Positions 29,508 to 43,190 are shown, counted from the first letter of the stretch. The stretch: DNA of 64,000 bases from Tubiluchus corallicola (GCA_030141605.1 JAQGDQ010000760.1:36838-100837); one strand, 5' to 3'. Program-made: numbers and translations. Notes: a model not told the origin generated them from the letters alone.

Positions 29508-32500
29508 ATGAATCAACGTGGCAAGGAAAAGAAATCAGTTATTACAGATGGAGAAAAACCAGGTTGGTTTTTAGTAATTAATTTTTTCTCCAACCTTGCA
29601 CTTTTGGTCATGCTGTGTTATGCTTCTGGTAACACAGTCATTGAATAATAAAGATGTTATTACTATGACATAGAACTGTATTTGTATTTGTGAAGGCAAT
29701 TATTTTACTAGTGCTCATATGATGAACTCTTATTTGCTCTTTTCAGCTCCATTTTTCTTTTCTGCAAGATTTAGTCTTGCAGTCGTCTCTTTCTTTGGCT
29801 TCGTCAATCTGTATCTGCTCAGGTTTAATATGAGTGTCGCTATAGTGTGCATGGTTAATAATACAGCAGTCCGGGAAATAAGTGGAGTTGCTGCCGATAA
29901 AGACATCAATGTGTCTGCAAGTTATGGACAGTGTCCAGCTGCTGTTGACACCAAGAAGGATAGTCTTGATTCAGTGAGTGTTTTATCTAGTTTTGATGTA
30001 AAACAATGGTATAAACGTATACGACCTTTCGACATACAATAAAACTGAAGCAAAAAGTCTTCTGGTTACAGAGATAATACAAATACAATACATGAAAGAC
30101 AAAGTATACAATTAGCATCTACGTAACAATTAGACAACTGCTGTTAAACTTTGGTTTTAGCAACCGGATTCGTTTTGATATAATATTTGATAGCTAATAA
30201 AAAGAAAGGTTTGCATGGCAGGTAGACATAGACGTTTAAGGAATATACTTTCAAGAAAAAATGCATGCGTACAACCAGGTTCATTTTTGAAGCAAATTTG
30301 ACGGCCTGGCTGATGCACTTTCAGAAACTTGTAAACAATATGTTTATTTTGACAAATTGTACTTTATTGATTGCTAAATGTGAGAAAAACATGTTCTACA
30401 AATATGTGATTTGTAAATCATTAAGTTTTCAGACTTGTGATACGTTTTTGATGTGTGTGTGTGAGAGTGTGCTACAGTGTGTTTCATATTATACAGTGAA
30501 GTATCCAAAGTGTGTGTGTGTGCGTGCACGTGCATGCGTACATGTGTGTGCGTGCATGTATGTTTTGCATACAATGAATTAAGCATGGCATGTGATTCGA
30601 TTTTCTGAAGAAAAGTTGGAATTTCCAAAACACTGACTAACATCTGTGGAAGCACTGTAGTTTTTGTTTACTTGCAAGTCACATTTCTGACAATGAAGCT
30701 ATAACTTTGCAAAATGCTTTGTTGTGTCATAACTTAGTAAGATATACACATATATACAGATGACATATACATTTATCATATTCATATGTATTGTAAATTT
30801 ATTAATCACTTTAGCACTATTTGAGATTAAGGTTGCCACCACTCTTGAGCTGGCCTGGAGTCTCCTGAAAGTCAGCTACCAATTCTTAGTTCGGTCGGAT
30901 TTTTGAAAAGTCTGAAATCTCCTGATTTTGACCATTACATTGAATTTTAAGTGGAAAAAAGTGGAAATATAACTTGCATGATATTGAAATTTGGCAAAAG
31001 ATTAAGCCAAAAACACGTGAGTTTCTGTTAACTAAGGTAACAGTAAACTTATTAAATTAAGTTTATTCTGTTGTATGGCTTCATCATTTCACCTCTTCTG
31101 CATTTTTTGCCAATTTTACCTGAAGGAGCAAATGCTACAAAGTATGTATTCTTACGCTTTAGCTTTAATTCACATAACACAAAGTGCTTAATAACCTGAT
31201 TGCTAAACCGATCCCAGAAACCTCAGAAAACATTTTTGTAAGTTTTAGACTTGGGGTTCTTTTGGTGTCTAAAATCAAGAATTTGTACTACTTAGTAGTT
31301 GAATCTCTTGATTTTAGTTTCTGATAATCACCTTATAAAGTATCTCATAATGCAGGAAATGCTTGGTTTCCAGGGCTCTGTCCTGGGCCCCACTCACACC
31401 CTCTTGACTCCTGACTTTGGTTCGTGATGGGGTAGCAACCCTATTTGACATTTTGTTTTTTGCAGATGGGCAGCTTTATATGGGAGAAGCAAGTGCAGGG
31501 AGTTATTCTTAGTTCGTTCTTCTGGGGTTACTTATTGACGCAGCTACCGGGTGGTTGGCTCGCAACGCAGTTTGGTGGCAAAAGAGTTTACGGTTACTCC
31601 ATGCTGATGACGTCCATTTTAGCCCTGTTGACACCAGTTGCTGCAAAACATAGTTACAAGAGTTTGATTGCTGTACGTTTTGGACAAGGACTTGGAGAAG
31701 TACGGGCATAAATTACAATACAGATATCTAAATACAGTTTTGCTTTTTACTATGCAAATGGCCCCAAACAGGGTCAGTGGGCATTTTCAAAGCCTACCAT
31801 AAATACAGGCCCAGCAAATAAATTTCTTATTTCTAATTGTAAAATATGACATGTTTTTTGTATCATTGTATCAGATAAAGTTGTAGTTTTCAGTGAAGCA
31901 ATTTTCTGGCGAAAAATTACACAGATAATTAAAAAGCCTGATGAAAACGAATTTATATGAAGCAGTTCTACATTTGGCAACAATGTCGCAGGTAAAAACA
32001 TGTAGCAGCAAAATGGGTAATCTGAGCAAATTATCAGCATCTTGAGGAAGTGACAAGAGGTCTTGAGGTCATCGTCCATTAAAGTAATGCTAAAAGATAC
32101 TTTAATTCAGTGAGCAAGAGATTGTACGGTTGACCCCAAGTTAAACTTGACCAGGCCAATGGTTAAGGTAACAAGATGAAATATCAATCCAGGTGTGACT
32201 GCAGTGCTCTGTGCAAAGTCAGGTGGTTGCAGTGGTTGATATTTAGTAAAATCTAATGCAAGCCTCATTGAATTTTGCATGTTCTTTTATTTTGTTGTGC
32301 ACATGCAGTTTTGCATATGAATAATTGTACATATTTTTGATGCATTTCGTAAACTGTAATAGATCAGCTTGCCTAAAATGTTATTACCATATAGCAGAAA
32401 GTATTATTGTTTCTAAAACATATCACGACCTATTGACCTAATTTTATCAGAAGCTCATTAGAAATTTTATTAAAATGCACTAATATTATATTCTACTGCC

Positions 32501-35500
32501 TTAAAACAGGAGTGCCATGTAGTGAGCTAGTTTTCAAACACACTAACGTTCATGACAGTTGTAGCCGTAAACATTTTAGTTATCTCTCCAAGTACGTCAG
32601 ATTCAAGTTTTAATACTATAAGTTATTTATAGTGATTAACAATGAATTTAATTGCAATAAAGTTACTTAATGCTGTACATAGTAAAGCAATTTTTCTATT
32701 TTGAGAGTTTCACAGACTGATATTGTGATTTTTAGGGTGTTGTTTTCCCTGCCATGCATGCATTTTGGGGACGTTGGGCGCCACCATTCGAGAGATCTAA
32801 GCTGATAGCATTTACGATTGCAGGCAATGAGAAGTTTACTGAGTTTCATTACAGCTTTCATTATAACTTAAACTGCTGCTATAGTAGTTTGCTCGTGTTT
32901 TTTTAATTTAAAAAATTGTAACTGATAAGTGTAACATCAGAATGTAACTTGACAATGAGTGCATCGTATGTATTTTGTTATGTCAGCATCTATATAGAAC
33001 TGATTTGCAAAACAAGAATATGCTAAATACTAACAAGAAAGTCTGAAAATTAAACGGGCGTGCTATCTATATAACAATAAATGATTGTTTGATTTTATTA
33101 TTTCGTTTTTTAATTGTAAGTAATTTTTTATTGTTAATTATTGCATTTGTAGATTATTTGTGATAATGTTCGCTTGGCTAGTGAGCAATAGTTTGGTTAA
33201 AAAAAATTTCTATGCACTCAAGGGAATACTGTTCATCTTAGTAATGTAAGTTCATCTCTGTGTTTGGTCGATTTGCACAATGCTCTGAATAAAACACATT
33301 TGCAAGTTGAATAAGATTTCCAAACTATGTTTAAGCTAAGTTACACATGTTTCAGTAATTTTTAAAAGTGTGATATTCTGGTTGCAATTCATTAAGTACT
33401 AATTTTCCCAATTAAACTTGCAAAACAGCTACTTCTGTGGAGTAGCTTGCCGGGCTTATATGAGGCATATGAAAGTAGAAATGTGCTTTTTTTTTGTTTC
33501 AGGTTCACAAGTTGGCGATATTTTAGTCTTTCCTCTCTCTGGGTTGCTTTGCCATTCACTCGGATGGTCATCAGTATTCTATTTTATGGGTAAGGTAAAT
33601 CATGCCTGCCCTTTGTTGAATAAAGTGAATAAAAATGTCCACTTTTACACATTGTATTTAAATATTCCACAATGTGCTATGAAGTGCACAACTAGACTGT
33701 TGCTGTTTTTATTCAGTAATTAGCATACAATGGTTACTGTACATATACGGTTGCAAATATAATCATGTTGTCTTAGTCATAAAAGACATGCTATACTGTA
33801 GTTGTAAATTACCAATTTTGTTGCAAGAGCATAAGAGTTAACTAGTTTCACCTGTAACGATTTAGCTGATTTTTTATTTAGGTTCATTAGGCGTCGTATG
33901 GTTTGTGCTTTGGATGTTCTTTGCTTACGATTCTCCTCGTCAGCATCCTAGAATCTCCGCAGAAGAGTTGGAATATATCGAGAAGTCTTTAAAGGGAGAA
34001 GTGCGTGAGGTATTGTTAAAAACGTGTCAGCATACTGCATAGGTGGACACGTTTAATTTGAGTTTTTGCTAAGCCATCTTTCTAAACAATTTTTGCTGTA
34101 AAGTTTTCAGGCACATTATGCGTTCCTTGGTTTTATTTTAGTAAATTGTAACGCTAATTTAAAGATTATAAATTAATGAAGGAATAAATTCATAATTCAA
34201 AAATTTTTGAATTAGTCTGACCGAAGGTAGATAACTGTAGCAGCTTTAGTTGCTGTTTGGTGGGCATTTAATTTCGGTGTGGCTCGTGCTGATCTGACCA
34301 CCTCACTTAAATGATGTACTTCAATATTTCCAAAAAACAAGACTTTATTCTCTACTTCAATCCAACAATGAAGTTCTATAAAAACACAAATTACGAAGTG
34401 AAGCAATACTGAAGTGAACAAAACCGTCGAAACGTTTGCCGACGCGTACTGGCCGAATTTCACAATGCACTTTTTCTGACCACATGCTCTCACCCTGATA
34501 CAGTGGTAAAAGAAACCGGAAACACACAAACATATTTAAACAAATTTAAATTTCAAGGCAGCAGCCTCGACTACATGCTTTGGCACAGGCAAGGTAGCAA
34601 TAATTGTCAAATTGTGGCAGCAACCGTAACATTGAAGAGTCTATGTTGGACTGGTCTGGATTTAAATAAGGAGCCTTCAGATTGAAATGGCCATTAGGCT
34701 ACTCAGTCCCTTTTGATCAGGTTTTAAATTCAATGATTATAAAGCTCTTGCTAATGATTACACAATATTTCTAGGATTATTTTGCTTACTGAGAAGATTT
34801 GCAAAGCAATTAATTTAATTCTTCGTAATTAATAGAGTTTATAGTAACTGTAGGTTTATTCCATTTATTCTGAGTTTAATTTCCCAATTTTTCGCATTGA
34901 ATTGAGAAAAAATAAAAATATGCAGTAAATTTAACCTGCAAAGTTTTGTAATGAAATAAAAGCCTTTATAGTTAAAAATAACACAACTTTATTAAAAACT
35001 TTTACATTAAAAAGTTAAAGGTTAAAATCATGCCAAACGTTTCGACTAGCTGCTGCTGTCAGTAGTAAATTTACAAACATACAACCAGTTTTTATAGGCA
35101 GAGCCTATTACACACTAATTAACAGAAACCACATAGGTAACGAACAAGTAAGCCTGAAGAAAGAAATTGATACAGTATCAAATAACTAAGTATTTGAAAA
35201 TAAGGTTAAAGGAATTGAACTGCTTTGTACATTAAGAGAAGGCTTATTATGGTACATAGATAAACTTTCTTTTATTAATAAGTCCCAGTTATTTGTAGCT
35301 CTGGATCACAATGCTGAAATTATTAAGATCAGCTTTGTGGCCACAGGCACAAATATGGTCATCAATCCTGGATTGAGGAGAATTTTTTAATTTTCTGTCT
35401 AAATACCCAAATGTTCACAAATTCTTACTTTAAAGTGTCTGTAAATTTACCACTGATGACGACAGCAGCAGCTAGTCAAAACGTTTGGCATGATTTTAAC

Positions 35501-38500
35501 TTTTAACTTTTTAATGTAAAAGTTTTTAATAAAGTTGAGTTGTTTTTAACTATAAATGTCTTTATGTGCCTGTAATAAAAATTGGCTTGGATAAAAGCCT
35601 TTATTGCAAAAAGGCTATCTTGTAGAATATGCATTACTGCGACTGTTAATAAAGATTCCCATAACTATACTAAGAGAGAGGAAAAATTGGTGGTTGTTGT
35701 TTGTCCATTTAATATACCACAGTCTGGGTGCAAGCTGTCACAGTGATGCTTGTTTATGAAATTTTAGGATCCAGCTGTACCCTGGCGATCGCTTCTTACT
35801 TCGCTACCTGTGTGGACAATCGTCATTAACCATTGTGCTTTGGGATGGGGTTTTTACACTCTTGTTGTAAATTTGCCGACGTTTATGAGAGAAATTCTGC
35901 GATTTGATATCAAATCAGTAAGTGCACTTATGTTTATCCATCCTTAGCAGACCGCACTTCAGTACATGTTAAACTGTCATGCATTTAAAACTTATGCATT
36001 TAAAAAAGCAAGCTATGAGATTGTACCATGTGTAAGCTTACTTGTTTTGCAAATTTCGTGGCATTTGAGATGCCTATACGGTAGATTTTTGTGCATTATT
36101 AATGTTATTGTCACTTAGTGAAATTTATACTCATGCTGTCAGCTGAAGCATTAATTTGAAATATTTCAACTTTCATTTCAGAATGGCCTATACTCTGCTT
36201 TGCCATGGATTGCATGCGCACTCGCAATAAATGTCAGTGGTATTCTCGCAGATGAATTGCGCAGAAGACAGATTTTAAGTACGAAGAATGTGCGTCGTCT
36301 GGTTAATGCAATAGGTGAGAGAAATGTGCTAAAAATGCTTGGAGGGATCATTTGTTTCTGATCTGTACTGTTAATTGCGTGTAACAACCATAACATAATG
36401 TTGGCATGTCTTGCGTGTTAAGCGAAAAAGTAGAACTGAATTAAAATCTAAGGAAGAATGCACGCATTGCCTTTGTCTAAAGTAAACATTTTATTGTTCA
36501 TCATCACCGTTGTCAAAAAAGGATGATGATGGCGATGATGAATATGACAACGTTTTCTTTTGTATTTCTATTGACAGGTGATCATTATTAGTTCAGATTC
36601 TGGCTAAATATTTATAAAGTTTAGATTTGCATTGTCTGAATTTACGTATAGCAGTTATACTTGCAGTATCTTAAGTGCATTTGTATATTTGGACTATTTA
36701 TGCTTTGCTAGTTGCCTGGTGGCTAAACATTTTTACAATTAGCAGTTACTAGTAGACGTAGCTTTTGTTTGTGGAATAAGCTTTTCTATAAGGGGAAAGA
36801 TGTTGGCAAGTCTTGTGCGTTAAGCTATAAAACTTGAACCGAATTAAAAACTAAAGAATAACGTGCGCACTGCCTTTATGAATTTAATAAATCTGATCTC
36901 TATTTAATTTAACTCTAATTTAACTGTCATCATCTTTATCTTATTAATACATAACATGACACTAGGTAATTTATAGGTATTATCTTGCTAATATAGCACA
37001 AAAGTAAGTTTGCACACTTATTTCTACAAGTTAAGTATTGCAGTAAAACACCTTAATAAGTTCATATGCCTAAAATCATCACGTTACAAATATTTTTTTG
37101 TTTAATTTAGGCCCAGCAGGATTTTTCCTATAAGGACAAGAAGTTTATGAAGTCAGTTTTCTCAGTTTGACAAGTTTTTAGTTAGCTCTAGAAATTTCAA
37201 CTACTTGTCTGTCGCCAAACTAACTAACCACTAAACTTAAAGCAAATAAAAAATAGCAAGTTTAGTAACTGAACTAATTGTATTAGTTGTGTCTAAAGTG
37301 CATTTTGTAATTGTAGCAGAGGAAACTGTATTCTTGGAATTGAGGGAAATTTGTATTTTACTGCACCAAGCTGAATTTCACTGCATCATTTGTTTCTTAG
37401 CAGCATTCCCTTCTGCCATTGTATGCAAATTATTTGTAGTGTGTTAGCAAATTACATAAAGCTTTAAAGCAGTGTTTCCCAACCATTTGTTGACCTCTTT
37501 CCAGAATCCTGCACCATGTCTCGACCCCACAGAGAACGTACTCACATGTTATATTATTAAACATATTATCGTTTGCATTTATTAATTTTAACTTACTGTT
37601 CAACAAATTATTGAACAATGAGTGATCGTTTTATTAATTAATTAATGTGATGGTTGTACCTATTTCTTAGTGAGCAGTTTTGCAATGAGTGGCTCAATGT
37701 CACTCAATGCGACAATCATGTCTGATTCTATTTCAAGCAGATTCCTGTATTTCTTTTTATAACAACCATTGTAGAAAACGCCTGTTCAGACAAGTACGAC
37801 GAAGAGTACGTCGTCCATCTCTTTTCTCTTCACAAAAAGTAACAGTGTTCAACTTTGTGTATATAATGCAAATAGCAATCAGTAACCAAGGAGATCCGAC
37901 AAAAAATGAATAGCGACACGTTTCAGGCGGTGTACTGTATACACACAAGTGTACAGCATAGTATGGCACACATTTTTGCTTTCCCGGAAAATCAAGCACT
38001 AATATACCGCATTTTAAGTGGGAAAACCCAGTTTCACTTTCCAGAACAAAATGATGTAATGAGACACTGAAGAAACAAGACCTACTTAAGAAATTTTCAT
38101 AAAAACAGCATTTTTTAAAACAGTTTAAGAAAACCCTTGACCCCACGAAAAGTGCTTTGCGACCCCAAATGGGGTCCCGACCCCGAGGTTAGGAACTCAT
38201 GCTTTAAAGTCATGCACTGAGTACAGGCCCACTGAGAGAGGGGATCAGCCGGGGCAGCACTCTGGGGCCCTTGAGTTTAGGGTTCCACAAACAAAATGAG
38301 GGAAAAACGGTGGTGTACCTTGAGCAAAACTAACAAAATAAAATATGAGCTTGCAAACCAAAACCGTCCACAAGTCAACTAAGTTATTCTGCTTCAAAGT
38401 AAAATGCACCAAATATTTGGTCAAAATATAATTTTTTTTGTTTTTTATAACTGTACTTGTATATTTGTTTTGTACTGATTACGTGCTTAGGAAATACCGT

Positions 38501-40319
38501 GATGGACTTAGTTTGAGCATCATTATTCGGAAAATTGGAGGAAGGGGGCCAAGTTTCCTGTTGCCAAGGGGCCAAAAATTCTCTTGGCGGTCCTGACTAA
38601 GTACAAAATCGTTCTCTTTTTACATTGTTAATAAATGGGTAAAAGTATTAGCTCATGACTGGAATTTTTTACTTTTTGATTGACTGGCAGTCACATTTAA
38701 ATTCTGTGTGCTGCATGGACAGCTCTGTGATGCTAGTTTTACCTTTATGTAGAATGCCAGATGTTAATTCATGGAAGCAGAGTACTGTTGTGTTATTAAT
38801 CCATGTTGTAAAAATGGTTTGAAAATGTTTTAATAATGCCTTATACAAAGTTATCAACTCTTAAACACACACATCGTACTAGGTTACTGCCATATGTGAT
38901 ATGAGCAACTTTTGGCTGACAACTGTCAGTATTATGTGGTGAGGTTGGTTTATACTGTTTCTGCCAGAAACTACTACTGTTTCTACTTGTACTGTTACTA
39001 TGGGATATGGTGTTCAAAATAACCTACTCATTTATTTCAGGAGTATATTTACCAGCAACATTCTTGGTGATTGGTGGCTACCTAGGTTGTGGTCAGAGAT
39101 CCATATTTATTGCCCTTTTGGTTGTTGGACAAGGGCTATTTGGTTTTGCCTATTCATCCACTTTTCCCAGTATGGTGGACATTGCACCTCGGTATGGTGG
39201 TATCGTGTTCGGGATCTCTAATACATTCACAACTATAACAGGAATTGTGACGCCTTATGTAGTAACCTCGCTAACCACCAAGGTATGTGATTTAATCATA
39301 AGCTCTTAGCAAGCCTTTATACAGAGGCAGAGTCTGCATTAACCATTTTTTTCTGTATGATTTTGTATATGGGTAACAGTGTTGATCAGCTTTACAGTCA
39401 AGACATTTGAATCAAGAAATTAAACTTAGTCAAACACATAAACTACAGGGCATCAAGAAGTGATTGAACCCTCTAACATGGAAAAAATGAAAAGAAAAGG
39501 ATAGAAACCAACAAAAGCACCATGAACACTAATTTCAATATCTGATTTTGCCACTATTTGCCGCTCTAACATCCATTAGTCAACGGTATTGCAGTTGATG
39601 GAATTTTTCAATGGTGTTGAATCATTTTTCAAGAACTTTGTTACTTTTGTCATTTTTGACTTCGGCAATTAAAAAAAAATGATAAGAAAGAAAAATTAAA
39701 AAAAGTTTTAAAATCATATTTATGTCCGTACGTGATAATGATAACGTATTAGGAATATCATTTCCTGACACCTGTACTTTGTAATGAACAAAACTAGAAA
39801 GATAGCAAGTGATTTTTTAAAATCTAAAAAAAAATCTGCTTCCCACAGTGCTTACATTTTACTGTTTTTATAAACAAAAAGTAAAATTAACGTACTTATC
39901 AAATTGTTTTTACTGTTGCAAATAGAATTAGTTTTATATAAAGTACTTTTAAAGTTTTAACCTATTGTAGGCTTACAATTATGTTATTTTTTATTGAAAT
40001 ATGTTTTGTTTTATTTTATAGTAATTTATTTATTTTTAATTTTATTAATGTGCAAGTAATTTTGTTTTGACAGCAAACGCAGAAAGAATGGCAGGTTGTT
40101 TTTTGGATTTCATTCGCAATTCAGGTAACAGGTTGCACTTTCTACAACATATTCATATCAGGCGATGTACAAGACTGGGCAAAAGATGAGAAAAATGGCG
40201 CTGCAAAATCAACTCCTACTATTTCTGCGAGTGACGAAGTTGCGGGTGTGGTAAAGGGGCAGTCAAATTTAGCCTTTTCTTCGTCTCCTCAACTTGTCAT
40301 ACACGAAACAGGTCTTTGA
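29508..40319 (+). CDS. SLC17 family (sialin/NPT-like) MFS organic-anion transporter, copy A, 10 coding exons
   Basis: Exons 29508-29562, 29747-29973, 31466-31699, 32736-32823, 33503-33589, 33882-34009, 35768-35917, 36182-36314, 39041-39282, 40074-40319. Motifs [75 protein letters not shown]. The start exon is the least certain. Confidence 0.92.
30828..31443. mobile_element. hAT-like MITE in SLC17-A intron 2
   Basis: Ends taaggttgcca / tagcaacccta; flanks tttgagat and tttgacat (7/8 match to an 8-bp TSD). Confidence 0.7.
34970..35590 (-). mobile_element. Truncated Penelope-like retroelement with inverted pseudo-LTRs
   Basis: Inverted repeats at ~34966-35075 and ~35440-35556 flank a minus-strand GIY-YIG C-terminal remnant ([12 protein letters not shown]...DHICACGH...NNFSI...DLLIKESL...[16 protein letters not shown]). 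14-bp TSD ataaaagcctttat at 34956-34969 and 35591-35604. Confidence 0.85.
35450..35488 (+). ncRNA. Degenerate minimal hammerhead ribozyme motif in the Penelope repeat
   Basis: cca CTGATGA c GAC agcagcagcta GTC aAAA CGTT tgg. The core G of GAAA is mutated here but intact in the inverted copy at 35033-35064. Confidence 0.6.
36398..36878 (+). repeat. Diverged ~75-bp direct duplication in an SLC17-A intron
   Basis: atgttggcatgtcttgcgtgttaagc...gaattaaaatctaag...tgccttt (~36398-36474) versus atgttggcaagtcttgtgcgttaagc...gaattaaaaactaaag...tgccttt (~36800-36877). Confidence 0.7.
37470..38201. mobile_element. hAT (Charlie-like) non-autonomous element
   Basis: Ends cagtgtttcccaacc / ggttaggaactcatg; perfect 8-bp TSD ctttaaag at 37462-37469 and 38202-38209; subterminal gacccc repeats. 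Confidence 0.85.
38224..38595. mobile_element. hAT-like MITE
   Basis: CAGG...CCTG ends with internal ggggccc motifs; TSD actgagta / actaagta (7/8). Confidence 0.7.
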
Positions 40320-42619
40320 AAAGAAAGAAAATTGGGAATATGTTTATTTTTCTACTTATGATTATTATTTTTCCTTATCATATTATAACTCAGAATTATT
40401 ACCAAATTAAGATGTAGTTGGCTGGCTTGTTTTATGTGATGTAGCTGCCACTTTTTTGCTTATTGGCTGAGCTTTTATATGTTATAATCTTGAATTTCAA
40501 GTGCAATAAACTGCTCATGCGCACAACTCGAGTCAGTGGCAAGTGAATACATGAAGGCTTGTTTTATTATTGTCATTATGCTGCTTTATTATTCTAGCTT
40601 AATTCACTTGTAATGTGGTGGTTTTATTATTTCCATATTAAAATTTCTCCTCCTAGTGTAATATTCCACGTACTGTAAAATGTAATTTTATGATGAATAG
40701 ACAGTAATTGCTTGCTTCACGACTTGTAATAGTTAGATAAATATACTTGCCACGTATTTTATCCTCTCCTGAAATTGGAACACCTTTGGGATGAGATTAT
40801 AAATAAAAGTGCAATTTCACATTAACTTCTTCCACAATCATTGGATAGTGGCAGTTATGTTCTTGTCCATCATTCCTACTTTGTTGATTTATCGTTAACC
40901 AATCTTTTGTTGAATAGACACTGCACTGATTTTACAAGAATACGGGCAACATTTGTGTGATTAGATGTAGAGTTTTGTTATGGGACTACTTGAATGTTAC
41001 AAATTTAAGGTGTATCAGTTTAGTGACCAAACTTAAACAATGCTGGACTTGTAAGCAATCTGTAAATGGGTGGGAAACTGCAAGATAATGGATTCCGAGA
41101 GATTCAGTCTACCATTCTATATAGTATTACCTGTTCATTGTGCTATTAGCCTTGTTAATGGTTTAGATTCCGATCATGCCACAGTCATCAATATTAGTAC
41201 TAGACCCTGCCCTTGATTGCTTGCAGTGTGCCAAACCATAGTCATTGTGTGTCGTTGGTAGAGGTTAATAATTGTGGACTTTAAATATGATTATGTCTAC
41301 ATCTAGATTCTAAGCTTCTGCTGTATTTTAAAAGAAATTTTTTAACATTATCAAAGAAAATGCCTGCAGTTTTGCCAAGCTTTACCAATTCAACTTTTGA
41401 TAATACCTCAAAAATTTATTATGTCGTTTTTGACTTTTGTGGTTTATTTGACCATTTATCTAGTTGTATTCACTTTATATAATGAATTAGTATGAGATTA
41501 TATTAAAGTATTAAGGCTTGTTAGACCAAGCTTATGAATAAGGGATTACTGTGTAGAGTTTTTCATTTAATCACTTAATTGCTTGAAGCCTTATGGACTT
41601 TGATCAATTAATTTAATTTTTCAACAATTTATATCTGAATTTCTGAAATTGTATTGATCTGTAGAATTGTTCCAGTTCATCCATAAAAATTAAATACCTG
41701 AACAATAATGAAATTTTATTCTTTCATTAACAGCTCAACTATTCCGTTTCTACAGAAAATTATTTTTGAGTGTTTGCTTTACAAAATGTACCAAATTATT
41801 TATATACCATTTCTTAACCCTTTATACAAAATTATTTTTTGCATGCATTTTTAGTGTTTATGTAAATGTTTTTGTAAAAAGTTGTGTAGAATTACACAAA
41901 AATTTCATATAAATAATATATATACTGTACTTTTATTTTTAAATCAGGTAGAGTTTTTATTATATGTATGCATTTTTTTTAGTATAAGCTGTTTTAAATA
42001 AATGGATATTTTATATCTTTTTAATCTCTTTGTTTGCTTTAGTAAGAAGCACAGAGGTCTTTTAATATCTGCAGCAACCTTCAAACAAATTGTTGTTAAT
42101 AGGCACAATGGTAGTGCATATCTCATGATCTTGTCTGGACCAACAAGCCCAGGAACAGATTGCAATTTGATTGCTTTGGTTACAAATCCAAAGCAAATTT
42201 CTGGAGTAAGTTGCTACCAGAACAGAGGTTAGAATGGTTCCATTATTCCTAAATTGGATCAACAGGGATATATAAGTGGAGCCTCTGAATGGCTCCACTG
42301 CCAAATAAATGAAGGATTACAAAATAACTAGGCACACCATTGTTTTGGCACAATTATTGTTTACAATGTGCTTTAACAAATGCTTGCAGATTTAAAGACT
42401 TTCCTAAGGTATTAACTAAGCCCAAAGATATGTGACTTCTAAGAGAGCTTTACCAAACTAACATGCCAAGTGTTGCAAGGAATGCTTTCAAATAGATAAA
42501 TAAATGTTTTAATAATTGGGTAATATGCAATCGAATTGATATGGTACTTAAAAACACGGAGGTAATACTTAATAACAAGAATAAGAACAATAAATAAAAA
42601 GTCGCAATTCCACTTGTAT

Positions 42620-42900
42620 TTTCTTGCAATGTGTTCCGTGATTGTATGCACTGTACATAACTTGAAATGAGTTCAGTGCTTGTGTGTGCACTTTGCAGAA
42701 GTTGCACTATGTGCGCACTGTGTAGAACTTGCAATGTGTTCTGTGCTTGTACACACTGTGCAGAAATTGCAATGTGTTCAGTGTTTGGTGCACATGCAGA
42801 AGTTGCAATGTGTTCAGTACTTATATGCACTATGCAGAAGTTGCAATGTGTTCAGTGCAATGTGATCAGTACTTATATGCAGTGCAGAAGTGGCACTTTT
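42620..42900 (+). repeat. Degenerate minisatellite (gcagaagttgcaatgtgttcagt... units)
   Basis: Multiple imperfect copies of tgcagaagttgcaatgtgttc; these generate spurious Cys-rich ORFs. Confidence 0.85.
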
Positions 42901-43190
42901 TAAAAATTTTAATGCGGAATAATTACTGCAAGCATGGTTAGGTATGTGCGTCAAATCCAGGCTAATGCCAGCACTTTCCATAGACAATTGTTAGTACAGT
43001 ATAACTATCTCACGCAAATTTGCCCTGGCCTGCTGATAGCATTATTTCATCAACAGTTTTTATTGATGAAATTTATACGCTTCTTTTCTCCATGTGCTTC
43101 TCCCGTGAAACTGAAACTAGATGATTTCGGTATAATTTCAGATGGCCCCTGCATTTTCTACAAAAATCTACAATTAATAACAGTAAACCA

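Noticed and set aside
42450-42941. Cys-rich ORFs resembling metallothionein
   Set aside because: They are translations of a minisatellite that is open in several frames on both strands.
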